A stretch of DNA of 64,000 nucleotides, from NCBI GenBank assembly GCA_964590435.1, contig CAZPWT010000029.1, positions 66,280 to 130,279 of the forward strand, written 5' to 3'. This stretch comes from an uncultured Planctomycetia bacterium. Its GTDB lineage: Bacteria; Planctomycetota; MHYJ01; WSZJ01. Within the stretch, counting starts at the first letter, position 1. Every line of letters begins with the position of its first letter. Below the pieces are notes generated by a model. The model was given only the letters and a program-made list of their open reading frames with translations, was not told the DNA's origin and did no database searches. This document shows positions 1-9,266 of the stretch, one piece after another. A program made the position numbers and the translations under genes.

Positions 1-737
1 TCCCACTCGTAGGCCGACGGGGCCTCGTCGCCGGAACCGAGCCAGACGGTGATGAACCCCTTGCCGTCGCGCAGCCAGCTCGGGTCGGAGCCGCGCGCGT
101 TCCCCACCGACACGATCTCGCCCGTCTCCACCATGTACGCGCGGATCACGCCGTCCGGCGCGTCCAGCAGGATCCGCTTCCCGTCCGGCGACCAGTCCGG
201 GTGGCGCGCGCCGTTGAGCGGGACGCGCGTCTCGCTCGTGCCGTCCGTGATGACCAGGTCGCCCTTCGAGTCCGTCACCGCGAGCCGCTTCCCGTCCGGG
301 GACCAGGTCGGGTGCTCGCAGGCGACGTCGGCGACGGTCCAGACGCGCGCGTTCGAGCCGTCCACCTCGCGCGACTGGATCGAGTTCAGCGTGCCGTACG
401 CGAGGTACTTGCCGTCCGGCGACCACGCCGGCGCCCAGCCCGCCCCGCCGTCCAGCGCCCGCCCGTGCTGCCCGTCGAGCTGCATCAGCCGCAGCTTCGT
501 CCCGTCCGACCACGCCACCTGCGTCCCGTCCGGCGACCAGTCCGGCCCCGCGTCCGTTCCCGAAAACACCTTCTTCTGAGTCCCGTCGTCCAGGTAGATC
601 AGCCAGAACCCCCACTCCCCCTGCACCTTCATCGTGCACGCCAGCACCCGCCCCAGGTTCGTGGGCGCCGGTTTCTCCGTCGAGGAACAGGAACTGAGCG
701 CCAGCGCGCTCACCACCGCCGTCAGCAGGACACGCAT
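1..737 (-). CDS. TolB-like periplasmic PD40/WD40-like beta-propeller lipoprotein. The gene's 3' end runs off the window edge.
   Basis: The reverse-strand translation from ATG (plus-strand 'cat' at 735-737) gives MRVLLTAVVSALALSSCSS..., a signal peptide with a lipobox. It is followed by repeated WSPDG/DWSPDGK PD40 motifs. The ORF is open to position 1 and is absent from the ORF track because it runs off the edge. Confidence 0.7.
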   Translation of the reverse strand, partial: MRVLLTAVVSALALSSCSSTEKPAPTNLGRVLACTMKVQGEWGFWLIYLDDGTQKKVFSGTDAGPDWSPDGTQVAWSDGTKLRLMQLDGQHGRALDGGAGWAPAWSPDGKYLAYGTLNSIQSREVDGSNARVWTVADVACEHPTWSPDGKRLAVTDSKGDLVITDGTSETRVPLNGARHPDWSPDGKRILLDAPDGVIRAYMVETGEIVSVGNARGSDPSWLRDGKGFITVWLGSGDEAPSAYEW

Positions 738-775
738 GGGAACTCCCGGTTGGTTCGCAGGTTCACGCCCGACGG

Positions 776-1258
776 CTACGGCCCTTTCCGCTGCGGCCTC
801 GCACGCTTCTGCATCTCCTCCGCCAGCGCCACGAACTCCATCTGCAGCTCGCCGAGGGCGCTCGACAGGAAGCGGTCCTCGTCGGCGGACAGGTTGCCCT
901 TCGTCTTGAGCTTCAGCGTCGTGAGCATGTCGATGATCATGCGGGCCTGGCCGATGTCCTGGTAGCGCTCGCCCGTCATCGGGTCTGCGACGAGCCCGAG
1001 CATCATCGTCGCCTGCTGCACGAGCATCGTCACCAGCATCTCGAACGGCCCGCCACGGCGCCGCCCGCCCTGCGCCGGCGGTTCCTCGGCCGGCGGCTCC
1101 GGCGCCGCTTCCCCGGCAGCCGCTGCCGGCGCGGCGGCCTTGGCCGGCGGGGCCGCAGCCGCCGCCTTCGCCGCCTGCATCTTCGCCTTCTCGTCCGCCG
1201 CACGCTTCTTCCAGTCCTCGTCCACCCGCTTCACAGGCTCCGGCGTCTGGTCGGTCAT
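776..1258 (-). CDS. DUF1844-family protein with an Ala/Pro-rich N-terminus.
   Basis: ORF 776..1369, trimmed to the internal ATG at 1256-1258 ([10 protein letters not shown]...). That start overlaps the pyrG stop as ATGA. The conserved C-terminal block [24 protein letters not shown]...[15 protein letters not shown] is typical of DUF1844. Confidence 0.6.
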   Translation of the reverse strand: MTDQTPEPVKRVDEDWKKRAADEKAKMQAAKAAAAAPPAKAAAPAAAAGEAAPEPPAEEPPAQGGRRRGGPFEMLVTMLVQQATMMLGLVADPMTGERYQDIGQARMIIDMLTTLKLKTKGNLSADEDRFLSSALGELQMEFVALAEEMQKRARPQRKGP

Positions 1259-2865
1259 CTCACCCTCTCCGCATGATCGAGGGCCGCTTTCACGAACGCC
1301 CGGAACAGCGGGTGTGCGGCCGTCGGTTTCGACTGGTACTCGGGATGGAACTGCGTCGCCAGGAACCACGGATGGTCCTCGAGCTCGATGATCTCCACGA
1401 GCTTGCCGTCGGGGGAAGTGCCGCTGATGCGGAAGCCGGCCTTCTCGAGGGTCTCGCGGTAGGTGTTGTTGAACTCGAAACGGTGGCGGTGGCGTTCGTG
1501 GACGAGCTCGGAGCCGTAGGCCTGCCAGGCGCGCGAGCCCTTGGAGACGTGGCAGGGGTACGAGCCGAGGCGCATGGTGCCGCCCTTGTCGACGACGTGC
1601 TTCTGCGTGTCCATGAGGCAGATCACGGAGTCAGCGCCGTCCGGCGCGAACTCCATCGAGTTCGCGGCCTTGATGCCGCAGACGCTCCGCGCGTACTCGA
1701 TCGTCGCGCACTGCATGCCGAGGCAGAGGCCGAAGAACGGGACCTGTTTCTCGCGCGCCCACTTGATCGCCGTGATCTTCCCCTCGACGCCGCGCTCGCC
1801 GAACCCGCCCGGCACGAGCACGCCATGCACGCCCGCCAGCAGCTTCTCCGCGCCGGCCTTCTCGACCTCCTGCGCGTTCACCTTCCGCAGCCGCACCTTC
1901 GCCCCGTTCGCGATCCCGCCGTGCGTCAGGCTCTCCCACATCGACTTGTACGAGTCGTTCACCTCGAGGTACTTCCCCACGACGCCGATCTCCACCGTCC
2001 GCGGCGGATCCTTCAGAACCGCGACGATCCTCTCCCAGCTCGAGATGTCGCGCTTCCCGCCCCCCAGCTTCAGGTGCTGCACCACCAGCTCGTCCAGCGA
2101 CTGGTTCGCCAGCACGATCGGCAGCTCGTAGATCGAAGTATCGACGTCCTTCTCCTCGATCACGTGCGACGGCGGCACGTTGCAGAACAAGCCGATCTTC
2201 GAGCGCTCTTCCTCGCCGATGTGCTGCTCCGTGCGGCAGAGGAGGAAGTCCGGCTGGATGCCGATCTCGCGCAGCTTTCCCACCGAGTGCTGCGTCGGTT
2301 TCGTCTTCATCTCCCCCGACGCCCGCAGGTACGGGATCAGCGTCAGGTGCAGGTAGCACACGTTGTCGCGCCCGAGCTCCCACCCCATCTGGCGGATCGC
2401 CTCGAGGAACGGAAGCGACTCGATGTCGCCCACGGTTCCGCCGACCTCGGTGATCGCGACGTCCACGTCCGAGGACGCCGCGCGCCGGATCGAGTCCTTG
2501 ATTTCGTTGGTGATGTGAGGCACCACCTGCACCGTCTTCCCCAGGTACTCCCCGCGCCGCTCCTTCTGGATCACGTTGAGGTAGATGCGCCCCGTCGTGA
2601 AGTTCGAGTCGCGCGAGATGCGGGCGTTGGTGAAGCGCTCGTAGTGGCCGAGGTCGAGGTCCGTTTCGGCGCCGTCGGGGGTGACGTAGACCTCCCCGTG
2701 CTGGAACGGCGACATGGTCCCGGGATCGACGTTGATGTACGGGTCCATCTTCTGGAGGGACACGCGCAGCCCGCGCGATTCGAGAAGGGTGCCGATCGCT
2801 GCGGAAGTCAGTCCCTTCCCGAGCGAGCTGACGACGCCACCGGTGACGAAGATGTGTTTAGGCAC
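1255..2865 (-). CDS. pyrG: CTP synthase.
   Basis: The 536-aa product [18 protein letters not shown]...GLCLGMQ...HRHRFEFN carries an N-terminal synthetase domain and a C-terminal glutamine amidotransferase domain. Full length. Confidence 0.97.
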   Translation of the reverse strand: MPKHIFVTGGVVSSLGKGLTSAAIGTLLESRGLRVSLQKMDPYINVDPGTMSPFQHGEVYVTPDGAETDLDLGHYERFTNARISRDSNFTTGRIYLNVIQKERRGEYLGKTVQVVPHITNEIKDSIRRAASSDVDVAITEVGGTVGDIESLPFLEAIRQMGWELGRDNVCYLHLTLIPYLRASGEMKTKPTQHSVGKLREIGIQPDFLLCRTEQHIGEEERSKIGLFCNVPPSHVIEEKDVDTSIYELPIVLANQSLDELVVQHLKLGGGKRDISSWERIVAVLKDPPRTVEIGVVGKYLEVNDSYKSMWESLTHGGIANGAKVRLRKVNAQEVEKAGAEKLLAGVHGVLVPGGFGERGVEGKITAIKWAREKQVPFFGLCLGMQCATIEYARSVCGIKAANSMEFAPDGADSVICLMDTQKHVVDKGGTMRLGSYPCHVSKGSRAWQAYGSELVHERHRHRFEFNNTYRETLEKAGFRISGTSPDGKLVEIIELEDHPWFLATQFHPEYQSKPTAAHPLFRAFVKAALDHAERVR

Positions 2866-2968
2866 TTGCGTTCCCAGAATGGGGCGGGAGTGAAAGTTTC
2901 ATTCTGGGGGAGTGATTCTCGACGGAATAGGGGAAAGTGCCAGAGATAAAGGCCTTTCCCGTCCCTGT

Positions 2969-3028
2969 GCCCTTTCCCTTTCCCTTTCCCTTTCCCTTTC
3001 CCTTTCCCGTTCCCGTGCCCGTGCCCGG
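2969..3028. repeat. Hexanucleotide microsatellite (CCCTTT)x6 continuing as (CCCGTK)x3. Its 3' part is one arm of an interrupted palindrome whose other arm lies at 3062-3096.
   Basis: Read directly from the sequence: ccctttccctttccctttccctttccctttccctttcccgttcccgtgcccgtgcccgg, a ~33-nt loop, then ccgggcacgggcacgggcacgcgcacgggaacggg. Confidence 0.9.
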
Positions 3029-3181
3029 TCTTGGTTCGCGCGGTGTCGGCAATTCAAACGGCCGGGCACGGGCACGGGCACGCGCACGGGAACGGGAACT
3101 GCGGCCTTTGCCCGCCAGGCTGCGGCCGTTCGTGTGGACAAAGTCTGACCACTGTTGCACGGCACAGTTCGCGGGACGACG

Positions 3182-3760
3182 TCATTTCCCGGTGTTCCAG
3201 AAAGAAGCATGCGCTGGATGTCTCGACGCAAACTTCCATGCCGCCTCGCGATACTCGCCTGAACCCGGCATCGGGCACCTCTCGAGTGCCGCGAGAAATT
3301 CCGCCGGGGGCTGATAACGGTGCTCGGCGATGTAGTGGACAATCATCTCGGGAGCCACCCACAGCAAGTCTCCGGCGGGGATGCCGAAGTTGTACGCGCC
3401 GTGGCAATTGTCGCAAAACTCGCAGGTGTGGACTCCGGGCGACAGGACTTTGAACAACCAGAAACCCACGCTCGCAGTCGTGGCCGTTTCTCCGGCCTCC
3501 GGAACGGCGACCCCGGTCACGACATCGACCGCCGTCCGGCCCGACTTCATGACAAATTCCCGCAGGCGCCCGATCACTGCTTCGGGCGTGTCGCCAATCG
3601 GGAAAGGACGATCTTTCGACAGCCAACCGACGGCGCGAACGTAGTCCCCTGCACAGCAATAGGCTCTGCGACCGCCGTCCTCAAACCACATGACCGCACT
3701 CCCGAAAACTCGGGTGTCCCTAATCCACCGCTCACGACCCGCCGTAGCAAGCGTCCGCAT
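3182..3760 (-). CDS. Hypothetical protein. An alternative start is the ATG at 3689-3691.
   Basis: 192-aa ORF with ordinary, non-low-complexity amino-acid composition (…CEFCDNCHGAYNFGIPAGDLLWVAPEMIVHYIAEH…). It lies downstream of kdsB on the same strand and overlaps it by 29 nt if the first start is used. Confidence 0.5.
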   Translation of the reverse strand: MRTLATAGRERWIRDTRVFGSAVMWFEDGGRRAYCCAGDYVRAVGWLSKDRPFPIGDTPEAVIGRLREFVMKSGRTAVDVVTGVAVPEAGETATTASVGFWLFKVLSPGVHTCEFCDNCHGAYNFGIPAGDLLWVAPEMIVHYIAEHRYQPPAEFLAALERCPMPGSGEYREAAWKFASRHPAHASFWNTGK

Positions 3761-4469
3761 GCCGCTTCACGAACGCCTTGTAGTCCTCGGGCGTGTCGAT
3801 TCCGCCAGGTCCCGGCACCGTGAGGCCGACGGCGATTTTGAAGCCGTGCTCGAGAACTCGGAGCTGTTCGAGCTTCTCGGTTTTTTCCAGCGGCGTGGGT
3901 GCCAGCGAGGGGAATCTGAGCAGGAAGTCGCGCTTGTAGGCATACATGCCGACGTGCAGCAGCGGCTTCGCGCCTTCGCCACGCGGGAACGGGATGAGCG
4001 AGCGCGAGAAGTAGAGCGCGTTCCCGGCGCGGTCGCGCACGACCTTGACCTTCGCGGGATCGGCCGGGTCGGCCTTCTCGAACTCGCAGGCGAGCGTCGC
4101 CACCGGCGCCTCGCTCGTGCGCGCCAGCTCGACGAGTTGCTCGATCGCCTCGGGCGCCACCTCGGGCTCGTCCCCCTGCACGTTGACGACGATGTCCTCG
4201 TCGAGCCCTGCCGCGACCTCCGCGATCCGGTCCGTCCCGCTCGGGTGGTCCGCCCGCGTCATCACCGGCGTCCCGCGGAACGATTTCACCGCGTCGAAAA
4301 TCCGCGCGTCATCCGTTGCGACCAGGATCCGCGACACGTTCCGCGCCAGCCGCACCTGCTCCCACACGTGCTGGATCAGGAACTTTCCGGTCTCGTTGAG
4401 CAGCGGCTTCCCCGGCAGCCGTTGCGCTGCGAACCGGGCCGGAATCACCGCGGCCGCCTTCAAGCCCAT
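3732..4469 (-). CDS. kdsB: 3-deoxy-manno-octulosonate cytidylyltransferase (CMP-Kdo synthetase).
   Basis: ORF 3732..4604, trimmed to the ATG at 4467-4469 (MGLKAAAVIPARFAAQRLPGKPLL...). Conserved KdsB blocks are present: IPARF.S.RLPGKPL, VATDD and NVQGDEP. Confidence 0.9.
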   Translation of the reverse strand: MGLKAAAVIPARFAAQRLPGKPLLNETGKFLIQHVWEQVRLARNVSRILVATDDARIFDAVKSFRGTPVMTRADHPSGTDRIAEVAAGLDEDIVVNVQGDEPEVAPEAIEQLVELARTSEAPVATLACEFEKADPADPAKVKVVRDRAGNALYFSRSLIPFPRGEGAKPLLHVGMYAYKRDFLLRFPSLAPTPLEKTEKLEQLRVLEHGFKIAVGLTVPGPGGIDTPEDYKAFVKRHADACYGGS

Positions 4470-4496
4470 CCGCGAAGCCCCGCGCGCGCGCCGTCC

Positions 4497-4524
4497 TCGC
4501 AACCCGCAACCCGCAACTCGCAAC
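4497..4524. repeat. Tandem heptamer array (CGCAACY)x4 in the kdsB/heptosyltransferase intergenic region.
   Basis: cgcaacc cgcaacc cgcaact cgcaact. The same heptamer array recurs at 31425-31459. Confidence 0.85.
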
Positions 4525-4530
4525 TCTCTT

Positions 4531-6576
4531 TCACTGCACCTCTTCCTTCCCCACCGCCCACCCTTCCCCCGACGCCCACAGCGTCTTCCCCGCCCCGCCC
4601 GCATCCGCAGCCAGCGCCGCCGGCGACTTGATCCGCGTCAGCAGCCCCTCCGCCGCCTGCGCCACTTCCTCAGGCTCGATCAGGTTCATGCAGTCCGTGA
4701 TGTCGCAGTCCCGCTTCGTGCACGGCGAGCACGGCATCCCCTTCCATACCACCACGTGCCGGTCGCACCACGGGCCGTACATCGCGGGATCCTTCGGTCC
4801 GTACAACCCGACCACCGGAGCGTTCATCATCGCGGCCAGGTGCAGCGGGCCGGAGTCGCAGCCGATGACGATGGAAGCGCGGGTGACGAGGGCGGCGAGG
4901 GTGCCGATGCGCGGCGTGTCGGGGCCGGCGAAGACGCGCTCCGACGCGGCGCCGCGCGCGGCGGCCTCGGCGATGTCGCGCTCGCCGGGGCCCCACGCGA
5001 ACAGGACGGTGCGCTGGCCTTCGCGGGTGAGAAGCGCCCCGACGCGGGCCCATTTCTCGACGGGCCAGCGCTTGATCGCGCCGAACGCGGAGGTCCCGAT
5101 GTGGCAGACGACGGTGTTGCGGGCGTTCTTCTCGCGGAGCCAGGCATCGATGGCGGCGCGGTCGCGCTCGGGGATCGCGGGGGAGACGCGCGAGACAGTG
5201 ACGGGCACGTCGGCCGCGCGCAGCAGCTCCAGCCCGCGCTCGACCCGGTGCACCACGCCGTCGATCTTCACGCGGTAGTTGTAGTGCTTCTCCGCCCCCT
5301 CCTTCGCCTCGTCGAGCCCGATCTTCGCCGGCGCCTTGCAGACCTTCATGTGCATCGCCGACTTCAGGTTTCCCTGGAAATCGAACGCGACCGTCGGCGC
5401 GAACCCGCGGATCGCCTTCGCCGTCTTCATCGCCCGCAGGACGCTCGAGGGCCAGAGCCACGGCTTCCACCAGATCCCGCGGAATTCGCGGCGCGGGAAA
5501 ACGAGGACCTGGTCGAGACCGGGAAGGCCGTCGAGGAGGGACGCGAAGCGGTCCTCGATAGCCCAGGCGATTTTCGCGTGGGGGAAGGCCTTGCGGAGGT
5601 TGGCGAACGCGGGGAGGACGTGGACGCAATCGCCGAGGGCGGAGAGGCGAATGATAAGGATGCGGTCGAAGTTGATTGCGGGGTTGCCGGGACGAACGGG
5701 GGCGGGCGGAGCGGCCACCGGCGCCGCCGCGGCCGGTTTGGCGACCTTCTTCGTCTCGCCGGAGATCTGCAGGGGCGCTTCCGGCGCCGGATCGCCGGGC
5801 GAGGCCGCGACGCGTGCCGAGGGAGTTCCCTTGGGCGGCGTGGCGCCGATGCGGCGGTTCGTGGTGGCGTCGTCCTCGAGTTCGAGGAGGGTGTTGTCCG
5901 GCTTCGGCATGTCGCCCGGAGTGATCGTGGAGGGATTGGACGGGACGCGCTGGGGAGGCGGCGTGGGCGTCCCGCGGACGGGAGTGCCCGGCGCGGGCCG
6001 GCCGTCGCCCGGGGCCGGCGTCGGGGCGCGAAGGGCCGCGGGGCGCGCGGAGGACGGCGGACGCGGCGGGGGGGTCGGGGGGCCGCCCTGCGCGCGCGGC
6101 GCGCCCGGCGCCGGATTCAGTTGCGACTTCTGCAGGATGACGCTGGGGGACGGAGAAGCATCGTCGACGTCCACGACGGGGATGCTGTCGTCGCGGCCCA
6201 GCCCGGCCTTCGGAGGCGCCGGCGGCCGCGGCTTTCCGTCGACGCCGAGAGCGCCCCAATCGAAGCGAGGCGTCGGCGCGCCGGTCGAAGGAATGCGGCG
6301 CTGCGCCGGCGGCGTGGGCGTGGCGGACTTCGGCGCGCCCGGAGTCGCCGCGCCGGTGGGCCCGAATCCCGGCGTGGGCGTCGCGACGCTCGGCTTGCGC
6401 ATCGCGGGCGGCGTGGGAGTGTGGACGGTGTGAGGGACCTCGACGTCATCGATCGAGTCGAAGTCAAACGGCGACGTATCCGGCTTCCCGTCCTGCGTGG
6501 GCCGGTGGAACCGGGGACGGGCGTCCTTCCGGGGGGGAGTGGGAGGCGGCTTGTCCGGCTCGGGAGTGTCGCTCAC
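4531..6576 (-). CDS. Family-9 glycosyltransferase (ADP-heptose:LPS heptosyltransferase-like) with a ~300-aa proline-rich N-terminal extension.
   Basis: The C-terminal ~370 aa (ILIIRLSALGDCVHVLPAF...IGCDSGPLHLAAMMNAPVVGLYGP) is a GT9 domain. The N-terminus is rich in PTPP/PAP repeats. Start is the GTG at 6574-6576. The long plus-strand ORF 4045..6651 is its antisense shadow. Confidence 0.8.
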   Translation of the reverse strand: MSDTPEPDKPPPTPPRKDARPRFHRPTQDGKPDTSPFDFDSIDDVEVPHTVHTPTPPAMRKPSVATPTPGFGPTGAATPGAPKSATPTPPAQRRIPSTGAPTPRFDWGALGVDGKPRPPAPPKAGLGRDDSIPVVDVDDASPSPSVILQKSQLNPAPGAPRAQGGPPTPPPRPPSSARPAALRAPTPAPGDGRPAPGTPVRGTPTPPPQRVPSNPSTITPGDMPKPDNTLLELEDDATTNRRIGATPPKGTPSARVAASPGDPAPEAPLQISGETKKVAKPAAAAPVAAPPAPVRPGNPAINFDRILIIRLSALGDCVHVLPAFANLRKAFPHAKIAWAIEDRFASLLDGLPGLDQVLVFPRREFRGIWWKPWLWPSSVLRAMKTAKAIRGFAPTVAFDFQGNLKSAMHMKVCKAPAKIGLDEAKEGAEKHYNYRVKIDGVVHRVERGLELLRAADVPVTVSRVSPAIPERDRAAIDAWLREKNARNTVVCHIGTSAFGAIKRWPVEKWARVGALLTREGQRTVLFAWGPGERDIAEAAARGAASERVFAGPDTPRIGTLAALVTRASIVIGCDSGPLHLAAMMNAPVVGLYGPKDPAMYGPWCDRHVVVWKGMPCSPCTKRDCDITDCMNLIEPEEVAQAAEGLLTRIKSPAALAADAGGAGKTLWASGEGWAVGKEEVQ

Positions 6577-6733
6577 GCTCGTGTTAGGTTAAGGATCGCC
6601 CGGAGGTCGAGTCAAGGGGAACGATTGATTCGCTCGCCGCAAGCACTATAATGCCAAGGGCTTATTGCGGGCCCGCCCCGGTCACCCGTTCCCCGCCGGA
6701 CGCCCTTCCCACAACGGCGCCCGGCCGCGAACG

Positions 6734-7513
6734 ATGACCCTGCCGGAAAATCCCCGCGGCCTGCTCGTCACCACCGCGCCCGGCCACGACGACCTCCGCG
6801 CCCTCCTTGCGCAACCGTGGCCCGCGATCGAGGCCGCTTCACGCCCTCTCGGCGGCGGCCGCGGAGGCGTCCGCGAACTCCCGGGCGGCCTCGTCATCCG
6901 CCACTGCCGCCGCGGCGGCGCCCTCGGCGGCCTCCTCGGCGACCGCCACTGGTCCCCCAAGTCCGCCTGGGACGAAATGCAGATCAGCGAGAAACTCCTC
7001 CGCGAAGGCGTCGACGTCGCCGAGGTCCTCGGCGTCCGCGCCGAAAAAAAAGGACTCGCCTGGCGCCTCGACGTCGTCACCCGCACCATCGAGGACGCAG
7101 CCACGCTCCGGGATCTCGTCTCGGGCGAAGCGCCGCGCGGGTTCCCGCCGCCGCCCGTCGCCGCCGTCGCCGCCGCCGTCCGCCGCATGCACGACTCCGG
7201 CCTCTGGCACGCCGACCTCAACCTCCAGAACATCCTCGTCACCCGCGACGGCGGCGTCCGCATCATCGACCTCGCGGGATCGAAAGTGAAGCGCCCGCTC
7301 CCGGAATCCGCGCGGCAGGACAACCTCGCCCGCCTGTACCGCTCCCTCGAGAAACAGCACCTCCGCCTCCCCCGCTTCGCCCTCCTCCGATTTCTCATGG
7401 TCTACTTCGTGCGCGACCGCAAGGCCGTGCGCAAGGCGATCGCGGGCGCGGAGGCGAAGATGAAGCGCCACCGGTTCTGGTGGGCCGTCACCGGGAGAGG
7501 AAAGCGCGCGTGA
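6734..7513 (+). CDS. Lipopolysaccharide kinase of the Kdo/WaaP family (KdkA-like).
   Basis: MTLPENPRGLLV... with HADLNLQNILV and IIDLAGSKV kinase-like motifs. Start is the ATG at 6734, and the 5' part of the track ORF is low-complexity. The stop overlaps the next gene's start. Confidence 0.75.
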   Translation: MTLPENPRGLLVTTAPGHDDLRALLAQPWPAIEAASRPLGGGRGGVRELPGGLVIRHCRRGGALGGLLGDRHWSPKSAWDEMQISEKLLREGVDVAEVLGVRAEKKGLAWRLDVVTRTIEDAATLRDLVSGEAPRGFPPPPVAAVAAAVRRMHDSGLWHADLNLQNILVTRDGGVRIIDLAGSKVKRPLPESARQDNLARLYRSLEKQHLRLPRFALLRFLMVYFVRDRKAVRKAIAGAEAKMKRHRFWWAVTGRGKRA

Positions 7514-8490
7514 AGAACATCCTGGTCAAGGGCGTGAACTGGCTCGGCGACGTCGTGATGTCGCTGCCGGCGATCCGTGCCATCAAGGCGCGGTTCCCGG
7601 GGTCGCGGCTGACCGTGCTGACCAAGGGGAACCTCGCCGACCTGTACGCCTGCGAGCCGGCGGTCGACGAGGTCCTCGCCTACGGCGGCGGTTTCCTCCC
7701 GTTCCTCGGGCTCGTTGGCAGGCTCCGCCGCGCGAAGTTCGACGTGGCGTTCATCTTCCCGCGCTCGCTGCGCGCCTCCCTCGCGCCGTTCGCTTCCCGC
7801 ATCCCGCGCCGCGTCGGGTTCGCGGGTGACGCGGGGAAACCGGTGCTCACCGATCCCATCGAACGCTCCGAGAAGCTGATGACGAACCACCGCGTCGCCT
7901 ACTACCTCGAAGTGCTGAGGCCATTCGGGGAAGTGCCGCGGGCGACGGCGCCGCAGATCGTGCCGCCGGCGGAGGCGAAGGCGTGGGCCGCGGAGCAGCT
8001 CCCGGGAGGGCGGTGGGCGGGGATCAACCCCGGCGCAACGTACGGCAAGGCGAAGCAGTGGTACCCGGAGCGCTTCGTGGACGTCGGCCGGCGGCTGGCG
8101 AAGCGCGGCTACCGGGTCGCGGTCGTTGGCGGCCCCGCGGAAGCGCCGCTGGGCGCGCAGGTGGCGGGCGAGATCGGCCCCTCGGCCGCGAACTTCGCCG
8201 GCAAGACGACGCTTCCCCGCCTCGCCGCGCTGATCGAGCGCTGCGCGGTGTTCGTGACGAACGACACGGGGCCGATGCACGTGGCGGCGGCGGTGGGGAC
8301 GCCGGTGGTGGCGATTTTCGGGCCGACCGACCCGCGGACGACGCGGCCGTTCGGCGAGCGGCATGCGATCGTGCAGCACAAGGTGGAGTGTTCGCCGTGC
8401 CTGCTGCGGGAGTGCCCGATCGACCATCCGTGCATGCGGGACCTGCCGGTGGCGCAGGTCTGGGCGGCGTGCGAAAGGTGGATCGCGTGA
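7510..8490 (+). CDS. Family-9 glycosyltransferase (heptosyltransferase II-like).
   Basis: The GTG start at 7510 overlaps the upstream stop as GTGA. The product VKNILVKGVNWLGDVVMSLPAIRAIKARFP...TNDTGPMHVAAAVGTPVVAIFGPTDP shows a WaaF/WaaC-like fold. Confidence 0.8.
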   Translation: MKNILVKGVNWLGDVVMSLPAIRAIKARFPGSRLTVLTKGNLADLYACEPAVDEVLAYGGGFLPFLGLVGRLRRAKFDVAFIFPRSLRASLAPFASRIPRRVGFAGDAGKPVLTDPIERSEKLMTNHRVAYYLEVLRPFGEVPRATAPQIVPPAEAKAWAAEQLPGGRWAGINPGATYGKAKQWYPERFVDVGRRLAKRGYRVAVVGGPAEAPLGAQVAGEIGPSAANFAGKTTLPRLAALIERCAVFVTNDTGPMHVAAAVGTPVVAIFGPTDPRTTRPFGERHAIVQHKVECSPCLLRECPIDHPCMRDLPVAQVWAACERWIA

Positions 8491-9266
8491 GCGAACGGGC
8501 GAAGGTCACGGCGTTCGTCATCACGCTCAACGAGGAAGCCAACATCCGCGCGTGCCTCGAGACGCTCGCGTGGGCGGACCAGGTCGTGGTCGTCGACTCG
8601 TTCTCGACGGACAAGACCTGCGACATCGCCCGGGAGATGGGGGCCGTCGTCGTCCAGCGCAAGTGGAATGGCATCAACGAGCAGCGCCAGGCCGGCCTCG
8701 AGCACTGCGCCCACGACTGGGTCTTCTGCCTCGACGCCGACGAGCGCGTCTCGCCGGAGCTGCGCGCGGAAATCCCGAAGGTCCTCGAGAACCCCTCCGC
8801 CGACGGCTACGACATCCCGCGCCACACGTGGTACCTCGGCCGCTGGATCAACCACTGCGGCTGGTACCCCGACCCGAAACTCCGCCTCTTCAGGAAATCG
8901 AAGGGCAAGTTCGCCGGCACCGACCCGCACGACCGGTTCGCCCTCGACGGCAAACCCGGGCGCCTCAAGGGCGAAATCCAGCACTTCACCTACAAGAACT
9001 TCGCCCACCAGGTCCGCACGATCAACGCGTTCTCCGAGGCCGCCTCGAAGGAGCTCTACGACAAAGGGCGGCGCTTCTCGCTCCTCGCCCTCCTGTTCAA
9101 GCCGCCCTGGAAATTCGTCGAGGTTTTTATTTTCAAGGCCGGCTTCCTCGACGGCCTCGCCGGCTTCGTCATCGCCGTCGCCAGCGCGTTCAACGTCTTC
9201 ACGCGCCAGGTCAAGCTCTGGGAGCGCACGAAAGGGCACGACGTCGCCGGGGGCGGCCCCGCGTGA
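8487..9266 (+). CDS. Family-2 glycosyltransferase (LPS core, WaaE/KdtX-like).
   Basis: The GTG start at 8487 overlaps the upstream stop. AFVITLNEEANIRACLETLAWADQVVVVDSFSTDKT with a later DADE motif indicates a GT2 fold. Confidence 0.8.
   Translation: MSERAKVTAFVITLNEEANIRACLETLAWADQVVVVDSFSTDKTCDIAREMGAVVVQRKWNGINEQRQAGLEHCAHDWVFCLDADERVSPELRAEIPKVLENPSADGYDIPRHTWYLGRWINHCGWYPDPKLRLFRKSKGKFAGTDPHDRFALDGKPGRLKGEIQHFTYKNFAHQVRTINAFSEAASKELYDKGRRFSLLALLFKPPWKFVEVFIFKAGFLDGLAGFVIAVASAFNVFTRQVKLWERTKGHDVAGGGPA

Noticed and set aside
1273-2949. 558-aa plus-strand ORF opposite pyrG
   Set aside because: pyrG on the minus strand is unambiguous, so this is a GC-rich shadow frame.
2969-3028. Possible CRISPR array, given several short tandem repeats (hexamer and heptamer arrays and the S3 18-mer repeat)
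   Set aside because: The repeat units are only 6-18 nt and lack unique ~30-nt spacers. The S3 repeat is coding. No cas genes are present.
2937-3314. ORFs translating as PFPFPFPF or GKGKGK across the microsatellite
   Set aside because: They are artefacts of translating the (CCCTTT)n repeat. The region is intergenic, between the pyrG start and the 3' end of the upstream gene.
3690-3760. Choice between the two starts for the hypothetical gene 3182..3760
   Set aside because: The longer form overlaps kdsB by 29 nt and the shorter starts at the ATG at 3689-3691. The two could not be distinguished from the sequence alone, so the longer form is kept with lower confidence.
4045-6651. 868-aa plus-strand ORF
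   Set aside because: It is an Arg/Ala/Gly/Pro-rich low-complexity translation, antisense to the well-supported kdsB and GT9 genes. Shadow ORFs like this are typical of ~70% GC DNA.
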